Assembly: GCA_900128565.1 (NCBI GenBank)
Contig: LT635926.1
Coordinates: 1 to 47,610 of the forward strand
Direction: 5' to 3'
Length of the DNA: 47,610 bases
Source of the DNA: Stramenopiles sp. TOSAG23-6
Taxonomy: Eukaryota
Below the pieces are notes generated by a model, which was given only the letters and a program-made list of their open reading frames with translations, was not told the DNA's origin and searched no databases. A program made the position numbers and the translations under genes. Shown piece after piece: positions 23,601-34,597 of this stretch. The first letter of the stretch is position 1. Each line of letters starts with the position of its first letter.

Positions 23601-25064
23601 GTAAATTACCGCACTAAAGATGGAAGAACACCTCTTATATATGCAGCTATGAATGGTAAACCTGATGTTGTATTTTCTCTCATGGACTCTGCTGCTGATG
23701 TAAGTATGGTAGATAATGATGGAAAGGGTGCAATAGCTCATGCCCGAGAACGCAATTTTACAGGAGTGGTTCGGCGTCTTTGTCAATTACGTTCAGGTTT
23801 TTCCGGAGACCAAGTACCACAATCGGGCAAAGTGTGGGAAAAAGTATGTTCATGGGGATGTGGATATACGGGTACAACAAGTGAAATAAATGAGCACGAA
23901 AAATCTAAATGTGTTATGCGTGTAGTACCATGCCAATTTTGTGGCATTCGTGATCTTTGGTATATGGAAAAAGAAAACCACGAACAAAGTGAATGTCCAT
24001 TTCGCCCTGTACGGTGCGGTTGGTGTAAACAGGATGTCCGAGCATGTGATTTAAAGAAACATAGAGATCCGACAGATGGAGACTGTTCTGATAGAGTTAT
24101 AGAGTGTCGTTGGAAATGTGGTCGTAGTTTCCGAGCATCTCACCAGGCACATCACGAACGCGCAGAATGCATACATCGGTTGATAAGATGTNCAATTTGT
24201 AACATGCTTCATGAATTTTCGACCAAATATTCAGATTGTCCAAAAAGTGTCACAAAGTGTGGTCTAGGTTGTGGAGCAGAAATTAGAGTAGAATGGCTTC
24301 CAAACCATGAAGCAAAGATATGCCCTCTTCGTTTAGTCGACTGTAAATGGGGATGTGGAAAACGTATTATGTTTAAAAATGTCCGAACTCATGAAGTCGA
24401 TTTATGCAAAAAGCGTAGTGTAAAATGTCGATATGATTGTGGAAACATGATTCCTCTCGATCAGATTAAAAATCATGAAGAGAATGAATGTTTGAAACGA
24501 TTTGTGGAATGTCGAGCTGGATGTGGACGGAAAGTTCGTTGTTGTAATATGGATGAACATGTAATTAAAGAATGTCGCAATCGTCTGGTTGAGTGCACGA
24601 TGGAAGGTTGTGACGAGCTATGTAAAGCTTCAGAACTAGAGGAACATATAAAACGCTTTTGTACCTATCGAATGGTACCTTGTGGACTTGGATGTGGCGA
24701 ACGTTTCCTTATTAGGGATGTTGAAGAACACAAAAAAACGGCATGTCCAAAAAGAAGAACTAAATGCCCAGTATGTAACAAAACACTACTATTTGATGAA
24801 CTGGAAGATCATCGATTGAATACATGTAGATTACGAATGGCATATTGTACAAGTGGTTGTGGCGAGGTGGTAGTTGCTCAAAAGATGAAAGGACATCTCC
24901 TCAAACGCTGTCCAATGCGATTGGTTCCATGTCGTAACAAATGTGGAGACATGGTACGATTTTGTGATCGTGAGATGCACGAAACTTCATTATGCAACCG
25001 TAAAAGGACAAATGAGGATGGTACACGTATATCAACACAAAGTCTTTTCTCAAATATGTTTTAG
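17652..25064 (+). CDS. Giant ankyrin-repeat / TRAF-type zinc-finger protein with dynein stalk-MTBD-like and IQ-like segments
   Basis: Several ANK clusters (GHTALFKSA..GH, GHTALSWAA, GLTPL.EA, GRTPLIYAA), dozens of CxxGC...H...C repeats, central coiled coil with IEELAS...PP..V..I..CL..L....PK...D..G.....DWW..A; intronless 7.4 kb ORF. Confidence 0.85.
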   Translation: MGELVPIEWRLPAVFEEEKKQTTVVTRPPILERSVPSQLKKARKQRTSGHSKNRKRKRNRKSQKENPNGDTKLLKYAADGNTRKVKKLLSKGVHVDEANKHGHTALFKSALNGHVDTVQLLLAAGADVFFKDSRQMTALDWTRLSHQNETESLIEKRIVTLLQAKREDEHLSRHKDRCIGVIQKNRHLRKDIKYALKQGRVDLVIEMGEQSSVNFTRNIFDEACEVLHINNEEEQFFLDIETQMGWTALTKVSAMGSLEAVQLLLKFGVAVDYETRVGHTALSWAARCGNREVAAALIMAGAKVDRRSKRESRTPLQHAAANGHPGVTSMLLDKIYEKSYTKSVEWKEELKVINEELKPRLAAMLSPEELSLKKNRWRFLKDSSWAVYVQGELDHRDKHGMQAMEEAKKGRFSNVITLLDSAYNRIQDKNSELQREANDSKPRKCVNGCGFSDRSDCITHHEQHQCSMRYVDCENNCGKQVRLNDMENHKLRDCTKRIVACLNAYSGCFWRGPLSGQKEHATLHCRKRKVKCRIGCGKSLLFDQLVYHEQERCGYRLVECRQGCGYWEQGRLLRNHMKHACPHRLVKCPIAQCDVKVKFIDLEDHVDRECSLLCKWDNCGIRVGPKARRDVHELFECPHRMIYCMHGCSTELPACEFPQHEAFCTHRMELCTTGCGAYIRAGMQFTHADPYSGDCPARLVRCPLDIANRTPIRVRRADGGWDSATVLGYRQIDDRYYLQYKPDRSISLLEDASNFAEQKEHDFAWVNLKLTQWMPIPELPETHWKCKQMTCADIPFHLSDKGLCHHAPIECDCGQIVPASCIETHQNNRCPLRWVKCRHGCGETVQALYLWDHENKDCSYRKVICKCGEFVSIEPNQHAFHMRTCKAGLFQCDLGCGSKVALRDMKNHTENKCPKRTVMCSLGCGASMWAEELKHHVDKLCMERQTFCDLCAKPVRAGSLKEHKLHSCLERLEPCQLGCGAACAISKISFHQAYDCPYTPLDCLRGCGEKVRKCDRAWHEKNVCMRRQVFCPNDCNARINADRIDEHLAVCPREIVVCLYGCGMRLRRANQSEHLAQCNLRSLPCGADQAGCQRQLRSWLHDTKTLCKLADRNVKTQQNILYEAERDNNAAILSENVVRIQETSLQLSKHIKKLEILEKKQKQIKNFPLNCSHQVLCERHNETALSYAASSGDEVLLSYLISKIPPEEIDHESLLGFTALIRACKTNTTKHLNCVRLLIENGADTNKETSTGLTPLLEACRYNNGKVITLLIEKRVDIRRRNKHGIEAVEWARRWGHVELSQKLKFNHAWMSEQKKLFHLITMNDVDSIKPIVQDGEAYKLNARRIYRDLLKVYHEELREKNAELAPKEKKYQLVSKKVEQSRKVVEDGTRLAEHLKQKSIELLDTVKRREAELLVTRGISESSFLRIVPRHIEELASVYAPPPQVYHILKCLLVLIGTPPKRIRDPKGTGKMVDDWWGAARILLKECDVPIMLRSFNLSNVSFRRMQTLRRDFIYDKDTYREWVPSMGLPKDKFEGKIRSDFLYISGEDGYPLVEALSKWFVYLDAYWIDQIEVNPIKTKAVELRQQHKKRIGELWKEREEMTRTQTKFDIIIEQYELLKARSIELGNLINLTERRLRVAEILQYQSDTGHVPLTWACACGVPKVVALLLKHGAMVDYSTDELHNESAKLIQLFYRNYHWKLTRPAWSIERAFEYRTRGIIHMFQSKLMLRRIRERRQTTRIPLAEAAWNGHLDVVETLNRRKVNTITRISCYMSAPPPFTLPEDVIVKKSTPLWLYPLERGGSDKPLGIVDLSRLAMSEMGSAEYDTVKGWVPSGHFPCYERIVKLYYNADRARKASRNDILAKKRVAKQGATRAANLKLMELAVMNSNFKEIYRLADLGTPIDHPHPETGFTGLMMAAMTETWVINSEGHHVLAVELLLDRHKRSPQIDREAANGHTPLTWAANAGKSMSVDALLRRGALVNYRTKDGRTPLIYAAMNGKPDVVFSLMDSAADVSMVDNDGKGAIAHARERNFTGVVRRLCQLRSGFSGDQVPQSGKVWEKVCSWGCGYTGTTSEINEHEKSKCVMRVVPCQFCGIRDLWYMEKENHEQSECPFRPVRCGWCKQDVRACDLKKHRDPTDGDCSDRVIECRWKCGRSFRASHQAHHERAECIHRLIRCXICNMLHEFSTKYSDCPKSVTKCGLGCGAEIRVEWLPNHEAKICPLRLVDCKWGCGKRIMFKNVRTHEVDLCKKRSVKCRYDCGNMIPLDQIKNHEENECLKRFVECRAGCGRKVRCCNMDEHVIKECRNRLVECTMEGCDELCKASELEEHIKRFCTYRMVPCGLGCGERFLIRDVEEHKKTACPKRRTKCPVCNKTLLFDELEDHRLNTCRLRMAYCTSGCGEVVVAQKMKGHLLKRCPMRLVPCRNKCGDMVRFCDREMHETSLCNRKRTNEDGTRISTQSLFSNMF

Positions 25065-25420
25065 TGTAAGAATAATTTTGATTTCGTTTAAAAGTTAATT
25101 TGTCTAAGAAATAAAACAGTAAAACTGATAGTGAAATAGTTGTATATAACAAGACGTATTCAAAGTTTAGTTGTAGTGTACAAAATGTAAATACCCCAAA
25201 TCAGTATTTAGATAAAGTATGATTTTGTAGAAGCTATTTTATATTGTTGGATCTTCAATACGTAATTTAATTCCAACGAAACATTGCATATAATTTATTA
25301 TTAATAAATACAAACTAAAAAATATTTGCATCTCTTTCGAAAAATCACAATAACCCTAATAACCTATTTACTTTCAATCAGAAATATATCTGACTTTCTA
25401 TAGAATTCCACACAAATATT

Positions 25421-25966
25421 CTATTTGTGAAATTGTATTAAAAAAGTTGTTCGTCCATGATGAGTTGCTGTGTCACTAAGGTATGCTTTCACTGTCGCTG
25501 GGAAATTAGCTCCCATCAATATGCCTTGAATTACACCGGCAAGATATGCCGCACAATTTACTTGAGAAGAGACAAATTTATTTGTAACTGGGGTATCATC
25601 TGTAATCATATAGGAAAACTCCCTATCTGTACTCTTTTCTAGCGCATCAGCTTGTTTTCCAAAAAGAGACTTCCACACTGTTGTGTGTATATACTGAAGT
25701 ATTGACACTGCCTGTTGATCCCATGTTTTACCACTAATACGCCGCCCAGGAGTATCTCGAAAGGCAATTAGTTCGTTCACACGGACACCTACATTTATTC
25801 CTATTTCTGACAACTTATCCTCTAAATCAGACGATTTCGCGTTTCGCGGTACTCTAGCTCGAATGTATCGCACTATACCAGAAAACATGAAGGCAAAAGC
25901 ACTAAGGCTTACTTCTTTTTTGCCCATACTAAGAGGTCGATCTAATATACCATTACCTGAACTCAT
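25421..25966 (-). CDS. TRAPPC5: TRAPP complex subunit 5 (Trs31)
   Basis: ILDRPLS..K.EVSLSAFAF.FS, L...G..VG.R, LQYIH..VWK.LFGK.AD.LE, NCAAY.AG.I.G.L....FPA.V. Confidence 0.95.
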   Translation of the reverse strand: MSSGNGILDRPLSMGKKEVSLSAFAFMFSGIVRYIRARVPRNAKSSDLEDKLSEIGINVGVRVNELIAFRDTPGRRISGKTWDQQAVSILQYIHTTVWKSLFGKQADALEKSTDREFSYMITDDTPVTNKFVSSQVNCAAYLAGVIQGILMGANFPATVKAYLSDTATHHGRTTFLIQFHK

Positions 25967-26208
25967 CTATAAAAAATAAATCAAGAAAATCTATACGGCG
26001 ATTATGCGACGATTTTTGATTATCGTAATAGTTATGGATGGCGATTTTTTGAGTCTTTGACCGCGGTTCAAAACTTCAACAACTTGTCAACACTCGTCTT
26101 ACCCGGGACCATGCTGGATTCGCGATCGATATAATATATGCACAAGAAGAATGTGTTATATATTAAAAATAATGTGAATGTCAAAAGACTCAAAACTATA
26201 AAATATTT

Positions 26209-28075
26209 TTAATTTTGTAGCAAATGTCGTTTTTTGTTAATAATTTCCCTAACAATATTCATTACCTGAGTAAAATCTGTTGTTGGATTTAATTTAACAT
26301 AGTCTTTCGAAGCAACAGTTATAATTGAACACCATTTTGGTATATATGCAACGAGCATCACCAACAACTTATCTACTTTTTCAATAGTCACGTCACTTTT
26401 ACCCTTACAACGAAAACTTTCAGAAATTCTCAAAGCTAAATTTTTTCTCAAAATTGTTGTTTTTCGTCTTGTGCTGCAGTATTGATGTATTGTACAACAA
26501 ACATCGGGCAATAGCTCAAGTAACATCATCTGAGTATGATGCTTGGCTCGTTTTTGGAGCACATTTGCATTTTCTTCTTTTGATCGAATTGTAGCAAGTA
26601 AATCAGAAATATCTGATGAAGACGTTGAAGATTGTGAATTCTCCAGTGGATTATGTATTTTGGAAAAATATTTCAAATTGTTTTTTGTTAGGTACAAAAT
26701 TTCGTAAAAAAAATCGAATTTGAAAAAATATAAACCATACATGGATCGGACCAATTAAATCATCAGTAGATGACTTTTCATTTTGTCCACTCTTTGATTT
26801 TAAACTTGCTATGGACTTCATAGCTATTTTGTCTGCTTCAATATCATTGCAAGGTGGGTATGGAATATCCATTAAATTATCGATTTTTTTTCTGTTTGTA
26901 TGAGGATCAATAGTAGAATTAAGAGAATCTCTATGAGTTGAATTACTTTCTAAAGCATAAGCATCTTGCTTTATTTTTTTCTCTTTCAACACATTTTGAA
27001 GATGATCACAGAGACGCTGATACATTATATCAATGCGAAGACTTAATTTTTCTCCCGATGCCGAACTTTTTTTCCGAGATGTACAGTTTTGTAATTGTGT
27101 TATTTTTGTAACGTCAGGATTAATTAATGAAATGTTTTCTGATTTTTTATTAACACCACTATTTGAAATATCCATACCATTCCGCTTAGTAATGTCATAA
27201 AGCTTTTTACGTTTCNGTTTTTTACTTTTTACATTTGAAGTAAGAGTCGTAGAACAATTAAATTTAAATTTTTCTCGAGTGAATACAATTGCAGGGGGTT
27301 CTCCGACATTTCTCGAACTTTCTAAAAAAGTAGCATTTTGTTCTTTTGAATTTCCGTTCATTACATTCTTGACATGCGCTGGCCAATCTATATTATAATC
27401 TGGATCACCACCTAGAAGATACTGACGTGTAGGGGTAATTACATAAGCTTCCTCATATAAATTAGAAATTCGTCGAAGATGTTCAATTGGAAAGGAACGT
27501 TTTGTCGCATGTTCAACAGCAGATTTTATTCGTGAAAATACAGAAATTTGACGCCGTGTTTGCATTATTGTCAATACTGTATCAAGAGCACCAAATGTAT
27601 GGAGTAATATGCTGTAATTTGGAGGCAGAGTTATTGTTTTAGATTTATTTGATTTTCCAGAATATTTTTTGTTTAAATATTCTGCAGTAGCTGTATTAGG
27701 CATATTCTCATTGGTCACTTGCGTAATCTGTCTTCTGTTTTCATCTCTACGACGTGACGTTTTACGTAAAGAAGACTTCTCTAAAGATGTATAATTTCCC
27801 CTTTGTCTTACTGATGGGGCTTGCATTTCGGATCGCTTCCGTTTTTGGGGATGTGTATCAAAGAGATTATCGTCAGCGTTGCGCCGCTTTTGTGACAGTA
27901 GACAACGTTGGCGTTGCATTGGATTTTGAAACAAAAATCGTTTTCGTGCACGTCGGTTGGATAATGCATTCAATACTTTTGAACAATTTTCATCATTCCT
28001 TTTGTTTTGGGACAACTTTATACCTTTGGTATTTTCCATTAGGAATGATGAGTTGTTTTCACTATTATTGCTCAT
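26209..28075 (-). CDS. CDT1: DNA replication licensing factor Cdt1; exons 28075-26741, 26652-26209
   Basis: LP.NY..L...F.ALDTV..I...R.....F..IK.AVE..TKR.F...HL..I..L (CDT1 domain); C-terminal winged helix LPDV...I....RK...L..L...IP.W. Confidence 0.8.
26653..26740 (-). other. Non-canonical family intron (GT...AT), 88 nt, phase 0
   Basis: ATCCAT|GTATGG...ACGAAATTTTGTACCTAAC...ATATTTTTCCAAAATACAT|AATCCA; length is not a multiple of 3 and removal joins the two Cdt1 ORFs. Confidence 0.85.
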
Positions 28076-28561
28076 ACTTCACGTGTTTGATTATATTTGG
28101 AAAATATTGGAGCCAAAGAAGTATAGTCCCCGTCTGCGAGTTGTGATGCCGTTAAATCTTGGATTGTGAATAGATACACGATACACTTTCACGTGAGTTC
28201 CTTATTTAGACATCAAATGTAGTTCGTATAGTTCACTGTATCAATCGAAGAAAAAATATCCCTATGACAATCATGAACAGAGTCGGAAAAATGTTCAAAG
28301 AAAAAGAGGCAAAGAGAGAGAGCCACACAAGTTTTTGACCACCGAAATCGCAAATCAAAAATGCACATCAATCAAATTTTTTCACAGTTATTTCGTGTAG
28401 TATTTGAAATTTAATAAATAAAAATGAAGCAAAAATGAAGTCGTCCTTCAAATCTAATTTTTAAATCGAAATTTTGTGCATTACAAAATTGAAATAATTA
28501 TTTAAAGTGTCTATTATTATTATTATTATTATTCTTGAATGTAAATTTATTTTTGTCTCAA

Positions 28562-31336
28562 TTATTCACTTTTAACATCTTCAGCTTCTCTACGCAATTT
28601 CTCAGCCTCTTCAGCTTCTCTACGCAATTTCTCAGCCTTTTCAGCTTTACCTCTTGCGCGGTGCATAGCTTTTTTCTCAGCTCTCAACTTTGCTTTTTGT
28701 GCTTGTGCAATTCCTTCAGGAGATGACGCAAATGTTGCTTCACTAGATTCCATGTTACGTTCAAATACCATAACCATCTCACAGTGATCAGTACTAGGAA
28801 ATAAATCTACAGGTTGGGCATGAACAGGATAAAATGGAATCCCAGGAATTGTATCTCTTTTGCCTCTTGCTGATCTGCAAAGTTCTACCTGTTTTATATG
28901 TAATATATTTATTGTCAATATAAGTAAGAGTTTTTTATTTCATTTTTTTTCTGAATGTAAAACACAAAAAAAAATTAAATAAAAGTATATATTAGATGGC
29001 ATCACGAAATAGGTTTGCCTTTAAAAAAATAGTAGAAAATAAATAGTAGTATAGATTAGATGGCATCACTGAATGGGTGTGCCTTTCAAGTTTTCTTTTC
29101 ACAACAATTTGTTCAATTGACGCGCATGAAAATCTCCTCATTTCAAATAAAACTATTATTGAAAACACAAAATATGTAAAAAAACAATGTGAGGAATTGA
29201 AAACACAAAATATGTAAAAAAAACAATGTGAGGAATATTACGTACAGCATTACTAAGTAAAGAGCCAGAAGGATTACATGAAACATATACCAATCTCTGT
29301 ATTGCGCTACAACTACGAATAGCTTTGATAGTATTTTGATGTAAACCACAACGGGGAGGGTCCACGATAGCAACACATCTCAATTCATCAATTTGTAATT
29401 TACTACTTTCGGTTGTTTTATTTATTTCAGTTGTTTCATTGTTTGATGATGGTGTTTTATTTATTTCAGTTGTTTCATTGTTTGATGATGGTGTTTTATC
29501 CCAAGTAGCAAGCATTTGCTGCAATCCTTTCTCAGCTGGTGCACAAACAAATTCACAATTTGAAATACCATTTAACTTAGCATTTTCATTCGCAGATTTA
29601 ATAGAAGCATCAACAATATCAATACCAAGAATATGTCTCGCGTCTTTAGCCATACTGAGTCCAATACTGCCAGTACCACAACACACATCAACAACTACTG
29701 TATTTTTGTCTGGTTTGACAAATTGCTTTACTGTCTCGTATAAAACTTCAGCAGCTTTTGTATTAACCTGAAAGAATGCTTGTGGTGCAATTTGGAATTT
29801 CAGACCAAGTAATTCTTCTTCATAATAAGAGAGACCAAAAAGAATTTTTCTGTCAGCATTATAAGAAGCATTTGAACATCCTCTAGATTCAACAATATGG
29901 AGTGCAGATAATTTGGCAAGACTCGATGTGTCTTGTTTTTCATGTGGTCCAATACCAGGAAAAGTACAAAAATGTTTAGTTAAGGATTTCAATTCTAAAT
30001 CCCATTCTGGATGGACACGAAATCCGTCATTTCCACTATCTTTGACACTTTCAACAATGTCACCATTTTCATTTATAAGTGGCGTTGCTGCTTCAATAAC
30101 TACCATTAATTGACCTGTGCGATTAGAATGTCTAACTGTCATCATTCGCCAAACACCAGATGACTTGACCTTATCATACACTGAAAATTTTGACATTTTG
30201 GAACAAAATTGTTGCATTGCTTCAGCTGCAATTAACGAAGGTTTGTCTATGTTTGAACAGTTTTCTGCACTACAAACTGTTGTAGTGTGTAAATAATGTC
30301 CAATACGAAATCCAACTGAAATATCATTTTTTGTATTTTCAACTGAAATATCATTTTTTGTATTTTCACATTTTATACCAGGTTTTGAATTTGTCCAGCC
30401 AATAGTAAAAGATACTTTATTTCTATATGCTTTTGTATCAGGTGATGCTTTGATAGTTTCTAACGCACAAACTAAACCTTTGTTTTTGTATAAATATGAA
30501 GGTAAACTTTTCACAGTTTTCTTATCTTTGTTAATTGATAAAAGGCGTTGTACATCAACACCTCTTCTCTCGGCTTCTTCAAGTGAAATTTCTGGACAAT
30601 TAGGAATTTTGGTAAATTTTTTACGCAATCTTCTAGCAATACGCAACATATTCTTACGACTTTCTTCTTGTTTTAGATTGAGTTGTTCATCATACGACAT
30701 TTTCCACAAAGGAGTGACAACGTCTTCTATACAGCTTGGAATTTCATATTTCTCTTCTTTTTTTTCTTTTTCTTTTTTTTCTTCTTTTGGTTTTGAAGCA
30801 CGAGTTTCGATATCACCATGTGAATATTTACAGCGTTTACCATATTTACACTTACCTTTCTTTACGAAACTAAAACATTCATCAACAGTTGAAGACAACT
30901 TTTTTCTTTTTGGCGCGCACTCATCAGCACCAACCTGTCTTCTTTTCAGAGTTTTTTTAATCTGTTTTTGTATTGCAGGGACAATTTTAAGTATAGAATT
31001 TTTATATTTTATACCTTGCATTTTCTCTTTTGCTATATCCTTGGTGGCAAGTGAGTCAAACTTTATAAAAGCCGTATTTCCATTTTTGATTTTCTTCACA
31101 GAAGAGAACTGAATACCTGCTTTTGTCAAGAAAGTTTTTGCGTCATTCGAGCCTGCCCATTTCCAAGCACCTTGTCCAAGTATACAAAGTTTCAAACTAG
31201 TATCGTCAGAAGATTCCATTGCTTCACGAATTTCATGTGTAAGTACCATACTTGGGGAATATTCTACTTCCATAGGAGAGTCTGTAGACTGAGTAGCGAC
31301 GGTGTCAGTTGTTTCTACTTCTTTGGTGGATTGCAT
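28562..31336 (-). CDS. TRMT2A: tRNA (uracil-5)-methyltransferase TRMT2-like with RRM-like and CCCH regions; exons 31336-29246, 28888-28562
   Basis: DVVTPLW...Y.EQL, YRNK..F.IG, F.I.P.AFFQVNT, DVCCGTG.IG, AIVDPPR.GL, LVYVSCNP, PVDLFP.T.HCE.V. Confidence 0.9.
28889..29245 (-). other. Ordinary GT-AG intron, 357 nt, phase 0, with internal tandem duplications
   Basis: GCT|GTACGT...TATTGAC...AAAACAG|GTAGAA gives SNA|VELCRS; lacks the family TACCTAAC and CACAATACAT boxes. Confidence 0.85.
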
Positions 31337-31715
31337 GCTCCAAGTATTGTACTTTACAAAATATATTGTACGATGATAGAGTATGCAACAAAAATAGGGT
31401 TATTTACAATACTGCCTTCTCAAAGAGTTATAAACAAATCAATTACAACTATATACACTGAGGTTGCTTTTTATTGAGAGAGTTTTTACTTTATTATCGA
31501 TTTCTCACACACGCGTCTTCTTTCTGTTGTTGTGATGGAGTCAGCGAATGCTCCAATATATAACTGCTTTGAAGCACCAAAATGGTACAAATATTCGTAC
31601 CTAAGCTAAAAGAAAAAAGTCGGCATCAACGATGAAACATGCAAGACTTTATGTATTACGTAATAGTACAGTAGGAAGTCCATTATCAGTACAGTAGAAA
31701 GAGTTTCATTTCAAT

Positions 31716-32681
31716 ATGGATCCAAATATAGTAAACACCCGCCTTCAGCTCTCACCCGGCAATTTGGTATGGATACAAGAAGAACATTTGCAATATGACT
31801 TATCTCCTCAAAAGAAGGTGAAACGCCGCACTACACCACTTTCACACTCCAAAGTCACAAACTCTAGTTCATTTTCAACCTCGACAGAGCGGAGCAAAGA
31901 TGAAGAAATATGTAATAAAGCAGCATTACATGATGCAGAATTGAAAATGAAACAAATGCAAGTAAATAGTGTTAATTCAGATTCTGTATCAAAGAAGATA
32001 TCAACTGGTACCGCGAACTTGAAAAAGTCAGAAAAAACAAAGTTTACAGTTGAGAAGTGTCAGAATGCGTTTTGTCAAAAAATGTCGTCACCAGAAACGC
32101 AGTTTTCACGTTGCGCTGGCTGCAAATCAGCATATTGTAGTCGTCAGTGTCAACTAGTTGACTGGAAATCAACACATAAGAAAATGTGCTCTCAATTATC
32201 ACAGTTAAAAACTGGTATAGCTGATCTAAATGTTCGCAAAATTGTTGGAAAGTGGCTAATAGCGACGAGATTATATTTGTGCCCGTTTGCTGTTCACCAA
32301 TACAAAAAACGAGGATGTGGTTTTATGTTTGTACAAAGTGAAAATACTCTTCTCGAGTTGTTTTATAATTCTCCTGTGAATTCAAGAGGATTTCGGTTGA
32401 ATAGAAGATTTTTCATTCATTATCTGACAGTTGAGGAATGGAAAAAAAGATGTGTTCAAAATTTTGAGTTCAGTTTAATTACTTCAGCTTTAGTTAAAGA
32501 GGTATCAACAAAGGATTTAAAAGTAGATGAAAAATTAACTATTGTTGTATTGCTTAGATGTGGTCGGCTTGTAGTCGTGCGTATGCCTCTTGTCCCTGAT
32601 TATAGAATATGTGAAAAATTATGCAGCACTGGTGGTGAATCTGTTGAAAGTGACATGCTTCAGCTTAATTTGGATGAATAA
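31716..32681 (+). CDS. MYND zinc-finger protein
   Basis: CQNAFC...RCAGCK.AYCSRQCQ..DW...HK..C. Confidence 0.85.
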   Translation: MDPNIVNTRLQLSPGNLVWIQEEHLQYDLSPQKKVKRRTTPLSHSKVTNSSSFSTSTERSKDEEICNKAALHDAELKMKQMQVNSVNSDSVSKKISTGTANLKKSEKTKFTVEKCQNAFCQKMSSPETQFSRCAGCKSAYCSRQCQLVDWKSTHKKMCSQLSQLKTGIADLNVRKIVGKWLIATRLYLCPFAVHQYKKRGCGFMFVQSENTLLELFYNSPVNSRGFRLNRRFFIHYLTVEEWKKRCVQNFEFSLITSALVKEVSTKDLKVDEKLTIVVLLRCGRLVVVRMPLVPDYRICEKLCSTGGESVESDMLQLNLDE

Positions 32682-32860
32682 TTGGTTAATCTGTTTATAA
32701 TTACAATTGTATTGGTGATTCAAACTGTAGATTTTTTATTGAAGTATCTGAAACGTTTATGAAATATTTTTTATTTCTTAGCATATAAATAGTCTAAATT
32801 GTAGTATTATTTTTGTTAAAAACATCACAAAACCTAATTTCTGTGAAAAAAAAACCCATT

Positions 32861-34297
32861 TCATTGAAATAATTTAACCAATTTGTTATACCTTGACTTT
32901 GAAAGTTCTCCAACACACGCAAAAGAAGGTGATGATTTCAACATTTCTGTTGCAACACGTTTTACGTCAGCAGGTTGAACAGCCTCAATATCAGCTACTT
33001 CACCAGACAATCCTGTTGCTTTACCTTTTAAACTGACTTGAGTAGCCAAAAGCTCAGCGTATTTAGAGTTGGAGTCAATCTTTGAAAGTATTTGACTCTT
33101 AAGTCGTCCTTTTGCTGCTGTAATTTCATCGGCACCACAATTGACCGATTTACGAATTTCTTCTGTAAGTTGCTGAAAGCATGCATCGGGGGTTTCTCCT
33201 GTTACACCTTTTGCAGTCACTGTCAATAAACCTGAATCATTATACATTTTCAAAGAGGAAGAAGCAGATGAAAATGAAGTAGGTTTTTTTTCACTCGAAA
33301 ATAACCTTCCAAATATTGAGGAACTGAAACCACCAATACGACCAACAGAACGAGAAGTCACGTGGGAACCATGTCCAAGTGCTTCTGCAAAAACAGCAGC
33401 AGTTGCAGAATCTTTACTTTTTTTTGACGGTGCTTTCAAAGCAATACCGACGTATTTTTCACCCGATGAAGATATTTTTCTTTCTTCGCCACCAACATAC
33501 TCTGCTGGTATTTGTTTCGATGCATCACATGGTTGGAGATTACCAAGACTTTCTTCTGCAAGACGAACAAGTTCTGAATGATTGACGTTGACTGCTGATA
33601 CAACCAAGTTTTTTGGAACAAAATGAGAGTCAACAAAATCTCTAAGCAATTCTGGGGTGTAGGTGCTTTGCTTATTTGAGTAGAGAGACTGTCCTAGTGT
33701 CTCGGAATCGTAATAAGCAGCTGCGTGAAGCGCTTCATTGACCATAGTTTTCCCATCAGCAGCAACTTCACAGTTTACTGTTCCACTGACCAAAGATCTT
33801 TCAGAAATTTCCCATGACTTGAAAGCTGGTAAAGTCGCAGTTTCCATTAAAGCATCAAAAACAGTGTCAATTTTTGTGCGTAAGCAATCTGCGGTGTAAT
33901 GGATTGATTCACGATGGTGATCTACATTTACCTTTGCTCCAGCATCCTCAATATCACGCATAATTCGTAACGACGAACGGTTTTTTGTGCTTTGGAAAGC
34001 CATGCGAGATAAAACGTGACATACACCACTTGTTGTTTCGTCTTCGTCACGTGTTCCAACACCAACATGTAGTAGTAAGCTAGAAGACAGACCATGTAGA
34101 TCCCGAGATACAACTTTCACACCATTTTTTAGTGTTGTCAGCTGCACAGATTCCACGGCAGGGTGGCTCGTGTTTTGCGATAGAGGAACTCCAGGGAACT
34201 CTTCATCTAGTGGATAAGCCTGTGCTGACGAAAAATTTCGACATGAGTTTGCTGTCGTCAATCTTCGGAAATGTGAAACAGAAGTACGTAACGCCAT
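32861..34297 (-). CDS. Mitochondrial processing peptidase alpha / complex III core II subunit (M16, non-catalytic)
   Basis: Arg-rich presequence MALRTSVSHFRRL; TTLKNGVKV, G.R.E...G..H.L.R.AF.ST..RS; HxxEH is degenerate (HVLSR); Y.DSGL. Confidence 0.9.
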   Translation of the reverse strand: MALRTSVSHFRRLTTANSCRNFSSAQAYPLDEEFPGVPLSQNTSHPAVESVQLTTLKNGVKVVSRDLHGLSSSLLLHVGVGTRDEDETTSGVCHVLSRMAFQSTKNRSSLRIMRDIEDAGAKVNVDHHRESIHYTADCLRTKIDTVFDALMETATLPAFKSWEISERSLVSGTVNCEVAADGKTMVNEALHAAAYYDSETLGQSLYSNKQSTYTPELLRDFVDSHFVPKNLVVSAVNVNHSELVRLAEESLGNLQPCDASKQIPAEYVGGEERKISSSGEKYVGIALKAPSKKSKDSATAAVFAEALGHGSHVTSRSVGRIGGFSSSIFGRLFSSEKKPTSFSSASSSLKMYNDSGLLTVTAKGVTGETPDACFQQLTEEIRKSVNCGADEITAAKGRLKSQILSKIDSNSKYAELLATQVSLKGKATGLSGEVADIEAVQPADVKRVATEMLKSSPSFACVGELSKSRYNKLVKLFQ

Positions 34298-34597
34298 GAG
34301 TATAATACACAGGGAAATATAGAGACGCCTGTATGAAGAATAAAACCTTGCGTGCTTCTTTTTGTTCAATAAACTTGTATCAATAATTAAATCATGAAAG
34401 TTGAGTGAGTCATGCCGCATGACTCGCGNCTNCACAACGTCTGCGTGACACGTGTCAATCGCAAATCGATTTTTTTAAGATGTCATCGTGTCACTACTCT
34501 ATATAAATTGGCATAGTATTAATTAATAGTATTCATAATTGTGCATGTTCTACTTGTAAATCTCTATTTTTTTTGTATTGAATTTATTTCATTAACA

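Noticed and set aside
25351-25367. Telomere-like TAACCCTAATAACC in intergenic DNA
   Set aside because: Only about one perfect unit; may be chance
30450-31112. 220-aa plus-strand ORF and other short antisense ORFs
   Set aside because: Shadows of well-supported genes on the opposite strand; no motifs
31591-31660. Possible family intron upstream of the MYND gene (TTCGTACCTAAG)
   Set aside because: No matching GTAYG donor or ATATTTTTTCACAA box and no frame evidence
34298-34435. N-terminal extensions from non-ATG starts (also 12436-12492, 12776-12817, 34541-34597, 41353-41424)
   Set aside because: Eukaryotic genes; downstream ATGs give sensible N-termini such as presequences and signal peptides
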